Of a DNA stretch of 64,000 nucleotides, positions 44,240 through 53,310 are shown one piece after another. The notes under the pieces are model-generated. The model was not told the origin of the DNA, searched no databases, and saw only the letters and a program-made list of their open reading frames with translations. The stretch is from positions 32,001-96,000 of IMG/VR virus record IMGVR_UViG_3300011113_000491, one strand, 5' to 3'. Every line of letters begins with the position of its first letter. The stretch's first letter is position 1. The DNA is from a virus. The position numbers and the translations under genes were made by a program.

Positions 44240-46693
44240 ATGCTTACTGCCAGTACTACGCCCGTCGTTCAAACCATTCGCCATACTTCAAAGGATCTGC
44301 TTGCGCGTATCCTCGCCACGGAGAATCTGACCGTGCGCCACGATCCCTCCGCGCAGACCGCCAGCATGGATGTCGTCAATCGCGTTCTCACGCTCCCCGT
44401 GTGGACTGACATGACCAACGAGGTCTACGATATGCTGATCGGTCACGAGGTCGGCCATGCCCTGTTCACTCCGCACACGGAAGCAGACAAGCGCGTGTCT
44501 GGCCCGTGGTGTGCCGCTGCCGAGGAGATCGCTGGTATCAACCAAGAAACTCCGAGGTGCCAGATGCTCCTCAACATCGTGGAGGACGCCCGCATCGAAC
44601 GCATGATGAAGCAGAAGTTCCCCGGTATGCGCCGCGACTTCTTCAAGGCCTACGAGTACATGAAGGCCAATGACTTCTTCGGCATCAACGCCAAGACCGC
44701 GGATGAACTGAACGCTCTGCGTTTCGCTGACCGCATCAACCTGCACTACAAGCTCGGCACCATCGGTGATACGGGTATCTACTTCAGCGACACCGAGCGC
44801 GAGTACCTCAAGCGCATCGATGCCGCCAAGACCTTCGATGACATCAAGGACATCGTGCGCGACCTGTGGAACACCAAGGCGTACAACGAACCGGGCCAGA
44901 AGCAGGATGCCGGCGACGGTACTGGTGACGGCGACATCGGTGACATGGACAACGACGGCAACGACGCTGGCCAGCAGCAGCAGGGCAAGTCCAACAGCGG
45001 ACAGACCAACAGCGGCCAGTCGCCCAGTAAGGGCAACGATTCGCAACCGGGTCAGGATCAGTCCAATGGTGCATCGCAGCAGCAGGGCGACCAGAAGTCC
45101 AACCAGTCCGGTGCCGGTCGTCACGGCGACCACAGTTCTGTTGCGGGTTCGACGCAGCAGGCGATGCAGGATCACCTGTCGTCGCGTACCAAGACCAGCG
45201 GAAGCTACCAGTACATGACTCTGCCCGAGCCTGATCTGTCCAAGATCATCATGGGTTGGCGCGACATCGCCAAGGAGTTCGTGCAGTTCGACTCCAAGGT
45301 TTCGGGTGCCTACGATATGCCCGCGATCCGTCGCGTGGCGACCGAGATGTCGAGCAAGTTCATGTCGGACAGCAAGCCCATCGTGTCGCTCATGGTGAAG
45401 GAGTTTGAGATGCGTAAGGCCGCCGATGCGTCGGCGCGTGTTCGTGTCGCCACCACCGGCGTCCTCGACGGCGTGCGTGTCTGTAACTACCGGATCACCG
45501 ACGACATCTTCCGTCGTCACGCGACCGTGCAGGCTGGCAAGAACCACGGGTTCGTCATCTTCATCGACTGGTCGGGTTCCATGTCGCCCGTGATCGGGCC
45601 CGTGTTCAACCAGGCGCTTCAGGTGATGATGTTCTGCCGTCGCGTCGGTATCCCGTTCGATGTGTATGCGTTCAGCAGCGCGACTGCTCCGGGCGTCGAG
45701 CGTCGTGACCAGTGGAAGACTACTGATGGCAACAACATCATGTTCAACAGTTTCATGCTCATGCACCTGTTCTCATCGTCCATGTCGTCGGCAGCGTTCA
45801 ACAACCAGGTCGCCCTCATGTGGAGCGTTGCCCATCAGCGCGGTCTTTCGACCGAGTGTGAGCGTCGCGGTATGCGTATCGGTTGGAGTGCGCCGATTCC
45901 TGACTTCATGCACATGGGTTCGACTCCGCTTGACGAGTCCATCGCCTGTGCAATGAAGATCGTGCCGGAGTTCCGCACCCGCAATCGTGTGCAGATCGTC
46001 AACACGGTGTTCCTCACCGACGGCGCTACTACGAGTCCGTGGGGTGGTGGCAACGCATACGATTCAATCTGCGGAGACAAGGCGACGAGCAACATGGAGT
46101 TCCTGACCGTCGGTCACAAGAACTACGCCGCTGCACCGTCATCGACTGCCGCAATGCTGCGCGCGCTGCGTGACCAGTGCGATACTCGCGTGATCGGGTT
46201 CTTCCTTGTCGAAGCACCCAACAAGGTGTATGCCGAAGGCAAGTTCTCGCCTGCCAAGCCCAATCGCTACAGCGGCGACATCGACTCGTCGTACTCGTAT
46301 GTCGATGCCACGGGCCGCGAGTGTCCGTCCAAGGTTGGTTACTTGACGCAGGGTCTCATTCCACTCGACCGTCCCGCGATCAAGTCGCATTGGAACTCCC
46401 GTCCGATTCTGTCTGCGGATGACTGCAAGCGGGCCAATGAAGAGGTCGCCCGGTTCGCAGAGGAGGACTACTGCATCGCCGTGCCGACTTCGTTCGTCGG
46501 TGCCGGGTACGACGAGATGTACATGATCCGTGCCGGTCTCGATGTTGACAACACGGATCACCTCGGTGCGCTCAACGCCAACACCGCCACGGTGGCACAG
46601 GTGAAGCGCGCCCTGCTCAAGTCCGCCCGTGGCAAGCTCAAGTCCCGTAAGATGTTCACCCGTTTCGTTTCCCTCATCTCGACCCAGGCCTAA
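44240..46693 (+). CDS. Metallopeptidase-like plus vWA domain protein (CobT-like MoxR partner), start MLTAST
   Basis: HEVGHALFT, NIVEDARIE, low-complexity linker, MIDAS DWSGS...TPL...LTDG. Confidence 0.9.
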   Translation: MLTASTTPVVQTIRHTSKDLLARILATENLTVRHDPSAQTASMDVVNRVLTLPVWTDMTNEVYDMLIGHEVGHALFTPHTEADKRVSGPWCAAAEEIAGINQETPRCQMLLNIVEDARIERMMKQKFPGMRRDFFKAYEYMKANDFFGINAKTADELNALRFADRINLHYKLGTIGDTGIYFSDTEREYLKRIDAAKTFDDIKDIVRDLWNTKAYNEPGQKQDAGDGTGDGDIGDMDNDGNDAGQQQQGKSNSGQTNSGQSPSKGNDSQPGQDQSNGASQQQGDQKSNQSGAGRHGDHSSVAGSTQQAMQDHLSSRTKTSGSYQYMTLPEPDLSKIIMGWRDIAKEFVQFDSKVSGAYDMPAIRRVATEMSSKFMSDSKPIVSLMVKEFEMRKAADASARVRVATTGVLDGVRVCNYRITDDIFRRHATVQAGKNHGFVIFIDWSGSMSPVIGPVFNQALQVMMFCRRVGIPFDVYAFSSATAPGVERRDQWKTTDGNNIMFNSFMLMHLFSSSMSSAAFNNQVALMWSVAHQRGLSTECERRGMRIGWSAPIPDFMHMGSTPLDESIACAMKIVPEFRTRNRVQIVNTVFLTDGATTSPWGGGNAYDSICGDKATSNMEFLTVGHKNYAAAPSSTAAMLRALRDQCDTRVIGFFLVEAPNKVYAEGKFSPAKPNRYSGDIDSSYSYVDATGRECPSKVGYLTQGLIPLDRPAIKSHWNSRPILSADDCKRANEEVARFAEEDYCIAVPTSFVGAGYDEMYMIRAGLDVDNTDHLGALNANTATVAQVKRALLKSARGKLKSRKMFTRFVSLISTQA

Positions 46694-46707
46694 TAGGAGA
46701 ACCTACA

Positions 46708-47580
46708 ATGACTACCAAGACATGGCCATCATCATTGGACGCACACATCGAAATGAACTTTGAGTTCAGGTACAACCACGGCGCAGGACTCGCGTTCCAT
46801 GATGGACTCAATCCTGCGTTGGCGGACATCATCACTACAAGAGAGATGTTCCACCTCGCACAAGATTGGGGATGCCAGAAGTACGCGCAGATCAAGAAGT
46901 ACATCAAGGGATATGACTCGTTCAGTCTCCTCATGCACCCGGACTCGTCTGTGAAGATGTTCGTCAAGTCCCTCACCGTCAGCTACACCACGATGAACAC
47001 CGAGCGGATTCTGTTCTTCTATGACTCAAAGGGAGTCAACGACGGCGTTGCAATGCTCTGGCTTCCTGGTCACAACAGTCCGGCGCCCATGAGTCCTGCT
47101 CGTTTCTCGACCCACGCCGAAACGGTCAACGGACTTGGAGACAGAGGGTACTACCGCCAATACGAAGAAGGATTCAAGCAGAATCCGATTGCGATGGCGA
47201 AGCACATGGTCTGCGAGATCATTCGGATCAAGCAGGTTCACCGATGCGCGCCGGGTAGTATGGCAGGCAGCAACGAACAGGACTTCCGTCTGATGCCGCT
47301 CGAGCTCTTCGTCGGTAGCAAAGAACTGATCCGAGATGTGTGGGATTCTCTCGTTGGATACTCCCCGCGGCCGGTCGAGATGAAGGAAGAAGGATCAGCA
47401 ATCTGCACGAACGGTCTGAAGTTCGGTGACTACATGGAAGAATGCGGTGACATGATGATTACGCACTACAACAACCACATTCTTGAATCGTTCGCAGACA
47501 ACCTCCGCATCAACGGCATCAATATGTTCCCGATTGTTAGCGGTCATTCAAACAAGGGTATCGTGACGCACCCGGTTTGA
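46708..47580 (+). CDS. Hypothetical early protein
   Basis: AGGAG SD; followed by a terminator. Confidence 0.7.
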   Translation: MTTKTWPSSLDAHIEMNFEFRYNHGAGLAFHDGLNPALADIITTREMFHLAQDWGCQKYAQIKKYIKGYDSFSLLMHPDSSVKMFVKSLTVSYTTMNTERILFFYDSKGVNDGVAMLWLPGHNSPAPMSPARFSTHAETVNGLGDRGYYRQYEEGFKQNPIAMAKHMVCEIIRIKQVHRCAPGSMAGSNEQDFRLMPLELFVGSKELIRDVWDSLVGYSPRPVEMKEEGSAICTNGLKFGDYMEECGDMMITHYNNHILESFADNLRINGINMFPIVSGHSNKGIVTHPV

Positions 47581-47622
47581 ACTAACACGAACCCAGTCAG
47601 ACGCCCAAGGTGGGCAGTAGCA

Positions 47623-47658
47623 TGGGGCGGATCGTTCTACGATCCGTCCCTTTTTTTA
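47623..47658 (+). terminator. Rho-independent terminator
   Basis: GGGCGGATCG-TTCTA-CGATCCGTCC plus T run. Confidence 0.85.
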
Positions 47659-47858
47659 TCGTGATAGTATCGCGTGGTATTCGCCGCATGACCACGGGAA
47701 AGATCGGCAGGATATGGATATATGCCATCGTGGCAGGATATGAAACACCGATGGCATAGTGGTCATACTGCCATATGCCAATGCAATCTGGCATTATTTC
47801 TTTCAGAAATATGTGAAATATGCTTGTGAAATGTTTCACGATCCGGTAGACTACACGC

Positions 47859-48131
47859 ATGGCAAGACCTACAGACCCGTTCGATCCCGCGTCTATGGAC
47901 GCATACATCAACCCGATTCTCAATCGCGCGGCAATCGATGTCGTCTATTTGAACGACATCGCATCCAAAGCGGAGCTCATGCTTGAGTTGTTCATACAGC
48001 ACGGCCTGCTCGACATTGAAGTGACCGGCAACGGTGACTTCGCCTACCGTGTGTCCGACATTTGGAAGAAAGAACTCGCCGCTGAAGGACACGATCTCTC
48101 TCGCATTCCCCTCTCGCACCTCTCTTACTGA
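47859..48131 (+). CDS. Hypothetical early protein, leaderless
   Basis: Promoter TTGTGA-17-TAGACT at 47824-47852, 6 nt to ATG. Confidence 0.7.
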   Translation: MARPTDPFDPASMDAYINPILNRAAIDVVYLNDIASKAELMLELFIQHGLLDIEVTGNGDFAYRVSDIWKKELAAEGHDLSRIPLSHLSY

Positions 48132-48141
48132 AATACGAAAT

Positions 48142-48510
48142 ATGCCATTCGACCCCTACAACAACGAACACACCGACAGCAGCCTCTACTTCGATGACTT
48201 CGGAGACACCGACGACCGCATGGAAATCCTGCGCGAGCTCGATGAGGACTACGACCCCATGAGCGACCCCGATCCCTTCGATGACGATGAAGAATGGTCA
48301 GAGGAGGACGACGACCGCGGCGCCGTTCGTGAGGACGAGGATGAGAACTACGACGACCTGGATGACGACGACCTTGAGGATGACGACCACGAGGAACTGC
48401 CGCATGAGGACGACGACGACTTTGATGACTGCTTCAACTGCGACGGCAGCATCTCCGATAAGGGATTCGCCCTTCTCGGTGACATGGATCGCAGGGGTCT
48501 CTTTGTCTGA
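48142..48510 (+). CDS. Extremely acidic protein (start MPFDPY)
   Basis: Long D/E tracts with spaced aromatic residues. Confidence 0.7.
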   Translation: MPFDPYNNEHTDSSLYFDDFGDTDDRMEILRELDEDYDPMSDPDPFDDDEEWSEEDDDRGAVREDEDENYDDLDDDDLEDDDHEELPHEDDDDFDDCFNCDGSISDKGFALLGDMDRRGLFV

Positions 48511-48520
48511 AAGGACACCA

Positions 48521-49006
48521 ATGACCACCACTACTGTTTCTGTTCCCCAAGTTCATCCGCCTGCCTATTCGTACTGCACGGCCAAGGTGATTCCCCCCAC
48601 AACCAAATCCATCACGACCGGCATGATGATGTTCGACAAGTCGTATATGCTTTCTGTGCAGAGCAAGTTCATCCATATGTGGATGCGCGATATGCCAGCA
48701 AAGTACCCGCAGCACAAGACGCCGCATATGCCCTCAAAGGCGTGTGAGTTCGCGCAGGCCTGCTATATGCTTGCGACTGGATATGGCGAACACGCCATGC
48801 CGGCATTCAATGGGTACAGTCGTGACTTCCTGATGATGGTTTCCAATCAGTTGGGATATGCGTATATCCCGGCATGGATCGTCAAGGACAAGTCGCGCCG
48901 CCTTGATCGTTCGATGTACATGGTTCCCGAAGTTTCGATTTATGCCGTCGCATATCTCTCCACCCTCCCGACTCCAACCACCAACGAGGTTACCACCAAT
49001 GCGTGA
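48521..49006 (+). CDS. Stand-alone homolog of the MoxR N-terminal domain
   Basis: AAGGA SD; PAWIVKDKSRRLDRSMYMVPEV versus PAWIVKDPARHAGRGLFHVPEI in the ATPase. Confidence 0.7.
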   Translation: MTTTTVSVPQVHPPAYSYCTAKVIPPTTKSITTGMMMFDKSYMLSVQSKFIHMWMRDMPAKYPQHKTPHMPSKACEFAQACYMLATGYGEHAMPAFNGYSRDFLMMVSNQLGYAYIPAWIVKDKSRRLDRSMYMVPEVSIYAVAYLSTLPTPTTNEVTTNA

Positions 49007-49307
49007 GAACACCATCACCGTGATTTTTGACGACGCCGACCGCCGACAGATGGAGTGGCAACCCAATCTGACAGAGCATGAGTTTCCCCTGTGGTGGCAG
49101 AGTCTCACCGATACCGACTTCATTCGGTTCTACTTCAACCCGTTCGCCCTGCCAGGCACGGTCAAGGTGATGAAGAATCGGCAGGAAGTGAAGCCGTATT
49201 ACTACTGCTACTTCGATGAGATGCAGAACTCATACATCAGCGTGGGCCAGAGGACGATCCCGTATCGATACGGCGATCTGAACTGGAAGAGGCACTGGCC
49301 CGCGTAA
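48999..49307 (+). CDS. Hypothetical protein (start MRENT)
   Basis: GAGG SD; overlapping coupling. Confidence 0.6.
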   Translation: MRENTITVIFDDADRRQMEWQPNLTEHEFPLWWQSLTDTDFIRFYFNPFALPGTVKVMKNRQEVKPYYYCYFDEMQNSYISVGQRTIPYRYGDLNWKRHWPA

Positions 49308-49334
49308 CACAATCTCCGTGCCATGGGACGCAAC

Positions 49335-49371
49335 GACCCGACAGGTTTCATCGCCTGTCGGGTCTTTTTTT
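49335..49371 (+). terminator. Rho-independent terminator ending the early island
   Basis: GACCCGACAGG/CCTGTCGGGTC plus T run. Confidence 0.88.
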
Positions 49372-49525
49372 GACGCGTGATAGTATCAGTATAGAAATAT
49401 GCTAGTTTATGAAATATGCGATTTTAGGAAATATGCAAATCATAATCCAACAAATCTAGCAACAAGGATTCCAACGCAGAACGAAATAAGCGAAATGAGA
49501 ATCTTGTGAATCTTCAAGTCGTTCT

Positions 49526-50094
49526 TCATGTTGATCTTTTCCCCGAGCGGCCGCGGCCGCCTCTTCCGGTCAATCTACGCATCAGTGCTTGCTTCAATAC
49601 ATCTCTGATTGTTGGTTCGTCAACAGTCGGTGATTCTGTTGGAGTTGGTGCAACTTCTGGTCTAGTTTGCTGACCAGAAACTGAATCAGATGAAGCAGAT
49701 CCACTACTTTGTTGTGTTGGAGTAGTCTGCTGCGGCGGTGATGTGGTCGCCGAGGATTGGGTATTTGATGGATTCCATCTTGAATACCAATCATTTCTTT
49801 CATCAGCTGCCGGTGTTGAAGATGCCGGAGTTGGAATATCTGAAACTGGACTTTCTATTGGTTGCCACGATGAAGCAATAGAAGAAGAACTTGTTGGCAA
49901 TCTTCCTTGCTCAACAGGGGGTGTCATGGGAACCGCCTGACCAACTTCCTCTTCTGGAGAAGTAGTAAGTTCTCTCCTAGCAGTTAGTTGCTTTGATGGA
50001 GTTGGAGTAGAAGGTTCCGTTGTCCCCACATTTCCCGGAGGAGTTGCCATCGGTCTAACCGATGGATCACTTCGGGGTGGGGTTACCGTTTTCC
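49526..50094 (-). CDS. Pro/Ser/Thr-rich -1 frame extension of the upstream late protein
   Basis: Frame is open back to the GGGAAAA heptamer at 50089-50095; ATG 50050 has no SD and sits in a hairpin. Confidence 0.6.
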
Positions 50095-50814
50095 CTTACC
50101 ACGCCCCAATGAAGTAACTTGACCTCTGGCAATTTTTAGCAAAGATGGTTTTTCAATTGGTACTTCTGGCTCTGGGAAGTTTCTATCAAGAATCTTCTGT
50201 AACATCCCTGCATATCCCGCGGGATCTTGTACTCCTCGGGCCTTCCATTCACTGCCAGTTGTCTGCTGGCGACTTGCTGGAGGCCGAGCGACCTGTCTAT
50301 ATCTTACTCCGGCGCGTGGTCCGCCGAGCTCTGGTTCCCTCGTTAATTCTGAACCAAAATCTCCGCCGAGAGGATATTGTCTGGGAGACAGGTTCAAAAT
50401 TGCCTGTTGAATATACTTCTTGAGAGCTCCAGGCAGACCCAACCCAGCAAGGAGACCTCTATTTTTGATGTTTGTACCTATTGCCTTCGCTCCAGCAAAT
50501 AGTGGTGATTCCTTTTTGCTAGATGCTGTTCTCATTGCACCAAAAACATTAATTTCGTTTAACTGATTGTTAATTCTTGCTTTGAAATGTTCTTTCATAT
50601 CCATATTGAGGTTTCCTTCTTTTTCTAATTTGAATGCAGCTTTTTGAAGTTTTAGTTCTTCTTCTCTTGCCTTATTTATGCTATCGTATATTTGTCTTTC
50701 GGCAGCAGACATTGGTTTTCTTGCTCGTAAAGCATCGGCAATCTGTGCCATAAACTCATCGTCTGCCGGGGTCGTGGTTCCCTTTATTACTTTATCTAAA
50801 TCGTTTTGTTCCAT
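50083..50814 (-). CDS. Late protein (start MEQND) with internal MKEHFKARINNQLNE segment
   Basis: TATACATA at 50820-50827, 5 nt upstream of ATG. Confidence 0.7.
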   Translation of the reverse strand: MEQNDLDKVIKGTTTPADDEFMAQIADALRARKPMSAAERQIYDSINKAREEELKLQKAAFKLEKEGNLNMDMKEHFKARINNQLNEINVFGAMRTASSKKESPLFAGAKAIGTNIKNRGLLAGLGLPGALKKYIQQAILNLSPRQYPLGGDFGSELTREPELGGPRAGVRYRQVARPPASRQQTTGSEWKARGVQDPAGYAGMLQKILDRNFPEPEVPIEKPSLLKIARGQVTSLGRGKGKR

Positions 50815-50900
50815 AAGAATATGTATAAAAGAATAACAAAATAGACATTTTGCATCGGCATACCCCCTGTGGTATAATCTACATATCAAGGAGGTGCTAT

Positions 50901-51518
50901 ATGACCAAAGAGCAAGAACTCGTAAAGCATATCAGGAATCATCTCAAGGAACATGGGTTCCGTCTTATACTCGGTAGAGGTAAGAAAGTAAATGTCGGTG
51001 ACGCACGGTGTGAAGGATACTTCTCCGTTGGTGACACCAAGAAAGAAAGACAAATAAGAGTGGCGAAGGCAGGGGACACATGGTTGTATGTCCTTGCCCA
51101 TGAATATTGTCATTTTCTACAATGGCTAGAAACTCCACAAAGAACTCTAGACACACAGGACAATGCACAGCATATTGTTCATTGTGTTTCTGTTGGACAG
51201 ATAGATCCCAAGTGGAAACAATCATATATCCGTTGGGCATTCCGTGTTGTCGCAGAGAACGAAAGAGACTGCGAACGCAGGACGGTACGACTTCTTGAGG
51301 AGTGGGGCATTCCTTTCAACAAGGATATGTACATCAAGAAGGCAAATCTGTATGTGTATCTCCACCATATGTGGAGAGAATATCACTTCCTGAAGACCAG
51401 ATTCAATGTCTATAAGTCAAATAAGATTTTGGATGTTGTGTCAAACAACTTCAAGGCAAAGAGTCACATCGTGGTACCAAAGGCAGTCCGAAGAGAACTC
51501 GACCGAGCATTTGCTTAA
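50901..51518 (+). CDS. HEXXH zinc metallopeptidase-like protein
   Basis: LAHEYCH...E..CE; promoter TTGCAT-17-TATAAT at 50850-50878; AAGGAGGT SD. Confidence 0.75.
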   Translation: MTKEQELVKHIRNHLKEHGFRLILGRGKKVNVGDARCEGYFSVGDTKKERQIRVAKAGDTWLYVLAHEYCHFLQWLETPQRTLDTQDNAQHIVHCVSVGQIDPKWKQSYIRWAFRVVAENERDCERRTVRLLEEWGIPFNKDMYIKKANLYVYLHHMWREYHFLKTRFNVYKSNKILDVVSNNFKAKSHIVVPKAVRRELDRAFA

Positions 51519-51949
51519 AACTCTATGTGCTTGCTTGGTGGGGGTGGAGTTGCACTTATTATATTGCCAACTGTTGGCTCTATTCCCTTATCGTGCAAAT
51601 CAGAAATAACTTTGAATCCCTCAGCAGTTCCTGCATAGTGCTTCACAAATTGACCATGTAACTGCTTTGCCACTCTCATTCTCTCTGGGATGGTAAGTGC
51701 GCCAAGATCTTTGTTGTCATGATTTCCACTTATAATTTTATTTTGTGCCACTTGCATTGCTTTGGCAATATGATGCGGATGCTCTGACTCTGGAACAACT
51801 CCTACCCTAGCAAGATTATCGTATAAAACTTGACTATGTAAAGTTCCCATGCCAGTGCCGGAAGCTGGGTTTTGGGGATCCCTAGCAAATATATCCATTG
51901 CAGCACTTCCGGTTCTCATTTCCAGTAAATGTTGTTTGAATGATTTCAT
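51515..51949 (-). CDS. Late protein with CTS-like leader MKSFKQHLLE
   Basis: TATAAATA at 51955-51962, 5 nt upstream. Confidence 0.7.
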   Translation of the reverse strand: MKSFKQHLLEMRTGSAAMDIFARDPQNPASGTGMGTLHSQVLYDNLARVGVVPESEHPHHIAKAMQVAQNKIISGNHDNKDLGALTIPERMRVAKQLHGQFVKHYAGTAEGFKVISDLHDKGIEPTVGNIISATPPPPSKHIEF

Positions 51950-51973
51950 GTCATTATTTATATACATACTGGT

Positions 51974-52714
51974 ATGGACAAAAGACTTCAAAGAATAAAA
52001 TATGTAAGAATGGTGTTAGAGGGAATGCCAATCAAAGCATCCATAGATGGAAAACCAGTTCAGGCAGAACTTCTAGACTCTCCTGTTACACAAAATAAAC
52101 CATCTGCAACGGCAGCAGCAAAATCACAGTCAACTGCGTTAGCAACAATAAAACCAAATACTACCTCTACAACTTCTGGAAGCACTTCGTCTCCAACATC
52201 TAGTCCAACATCTAGTCCCACAACTGATCTTGCCACATCAAAACAACCACAAGCAACCACTGTTCCTAATCAAAATCAAAAACCAAAGAAATCAAAAAAA
52301 TCCACTGGAACATCTACAAATGTAGGTAGTGGCTCTAACACTGCTCGCGCAGGAAGAGATCAATACGGAACCCAAGTAGGAACAGGCAATACAAATACAG
52401 GGACTATGGGGCAAAGAATAGGATCCATGAAAGACAGTTCACAAGTGACTGGAGCAGTTTCTGGAAAAAACAACACGGTAGCAGGTAGAGATGTAGTTAC
52501 AAATATTTTTCAGGGTGGTGGAGGTCAAGAACAGGAAGAAAGTGGCAAGTTCTTAAATCCATTCGGAAAGGGCGGTAAAAGCAACCTAACTTCTCAACTA
52601 ACCTCGGTAACAATGTCTAACAAACCAACTCCAATGTTAAGAGAAATGAAAAGAGTAAAAACAGCAAAAGGTTTATTTGAGAGAGTAAAAAATGCACGCC
52701 GATATTCCAGATGA
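51974..52714 (+). CDS. Low-complexity late protein sharing a module with 57906-58895
   Basis: TATACATA at 51961-51968; TSSP repeats; AGRDQYGTQVGTGN module. Confidence 0.7.
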   Translation: MDKRLQRIKYVRMVLEGMPIKASIDGKPVQAELLDSPVTQNKPSATAAAKSQSTALATIKPNTTSTTSGSTSSPTSSPTSSPTTDLATSKQPQATTVPNQNQKPKKSKKSTGTSTNVGSGSNTARAGRDQYGTQVGTGNTNTGTMGQRIGSMKDSSQVTGAVSGKNNTVAGRDVVTNIFQGGGGQEQEESGKFLNPFGKGGKSNLTSQLTSVTMSNKPTPMLREMKRVKTAKGLFERVKNARRYSR

Positions 52715-53075
52715 CATTCTACAACAGTATATGCAAGAAGGTGCTGACTTCGGATTCAGCGCCGTTGATAATGGTGAACTGAGTGGCATACTAAGCCCGG
52801 TTCAGGATAGTCCAGAGATAAATGCAATCAAGGAAAAGTTAGATCTCATTCTTGAAATGAACTCAACTTGTGAGGGTGCTTTAGCAGTTAAGGCACAATA
52901 CGATCAACTACTCAAGGCAAGACTTCTTGAAATAGAAAAAAATATAGTCCCTCTTTTACTCAACCTGAAGAAAAATAAAGAGAAGGACTATATTTATTGG
53001 CCAGGCGCCCAAAGACAGGCGCAATGTGACTTACAAGTTCAGAAGATTCTGAACCTTACTCGAAATAACCTTTAA
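52692..53075 (+). CDS. Conserved T4-like hypothetical protein
   Basis: DFGFSAVD and PLL.NLKKN.EKDYIYWP motifs. Confidence 0.7.
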   Translation: MHADIPDDILQQYMQEGADFGFSAVDNGELSGILSPVQDSPEINAIKEKLDLILEMNSTCEGALAVKAQYDQLLKARLLEIEKNIVPLLLNLKKNKEKDYIYWPGAQRQAQCDLQVQKILNLTRNNL

Positions 53076-53310
53076 TCTTACTTCCGATCTTTTCGATTAG
53101 ACCGTCGATGAAAGATTTTGGTTCTTCCTTTTTCTCAACAACTGGGACTTGGATTTCGCATCTGTCTTGACCAACAAGAAGACTGGCATTCTTTGGATCG
53201 ATTGCTCTTGCCACTCCCTTCATGATCTCAACTTCAGATAAAAGCATTTCCTGACACTTCCCGGTATATGCCTTGGCGAAATATAACTGAACTTTCTTAC
53301 CTTTCTTCAT
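53056..53310 (-). CDS. Hypothetical protein, paralog of 22460-22681
   Basis: GKCQEMLLSEVE...RAIDPKN; GAGGAG SD. Confidence 0.6.
   Translation of the reverse strand: MKKGKKVQLYFAKAYTGKCQEMLLSEVEIMKGVARAIDPKNASLLVGQDRCEIQVPVVEKKEEPKSFIDGLIEKIGSKIKGYFE

Larger units (their letters stand above)
37122..49385 (+). repeat. Dispersed co-oriented intergenic motif CGTGATAGTA (6 copies seen)
   Basis: At about 37124, 37205, 39685, 44124, 47660 and 49376; all on the + strand. Confidence 0.9.

Noticed and set aside
42715-46693. Cobalamin biosynthesis cobS/cobT auxiliary genes
   Set aside because: No cobN or other cob genes; motifs fit the generic phage MoxR/vWA-peptidase pair
34765-49123. Long antisense or alternate-frame ORFs in the GC-rich island (e.g. 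35679-36638, 40735-41913, 43201-43983, 44288-45766)
   Set aside because: Shadows of GC3-biased genes on the opposite strand; no motifs, promoters or SD support
34700-49400. Host DNA, prophage junction or chimeric contig
   Set aside because: Island holds typical T4-like early genes and an embedded late-type gene sharing motifs with the AT-rich arms; no housekeeping genes or integrase. Not fully excluded without reads
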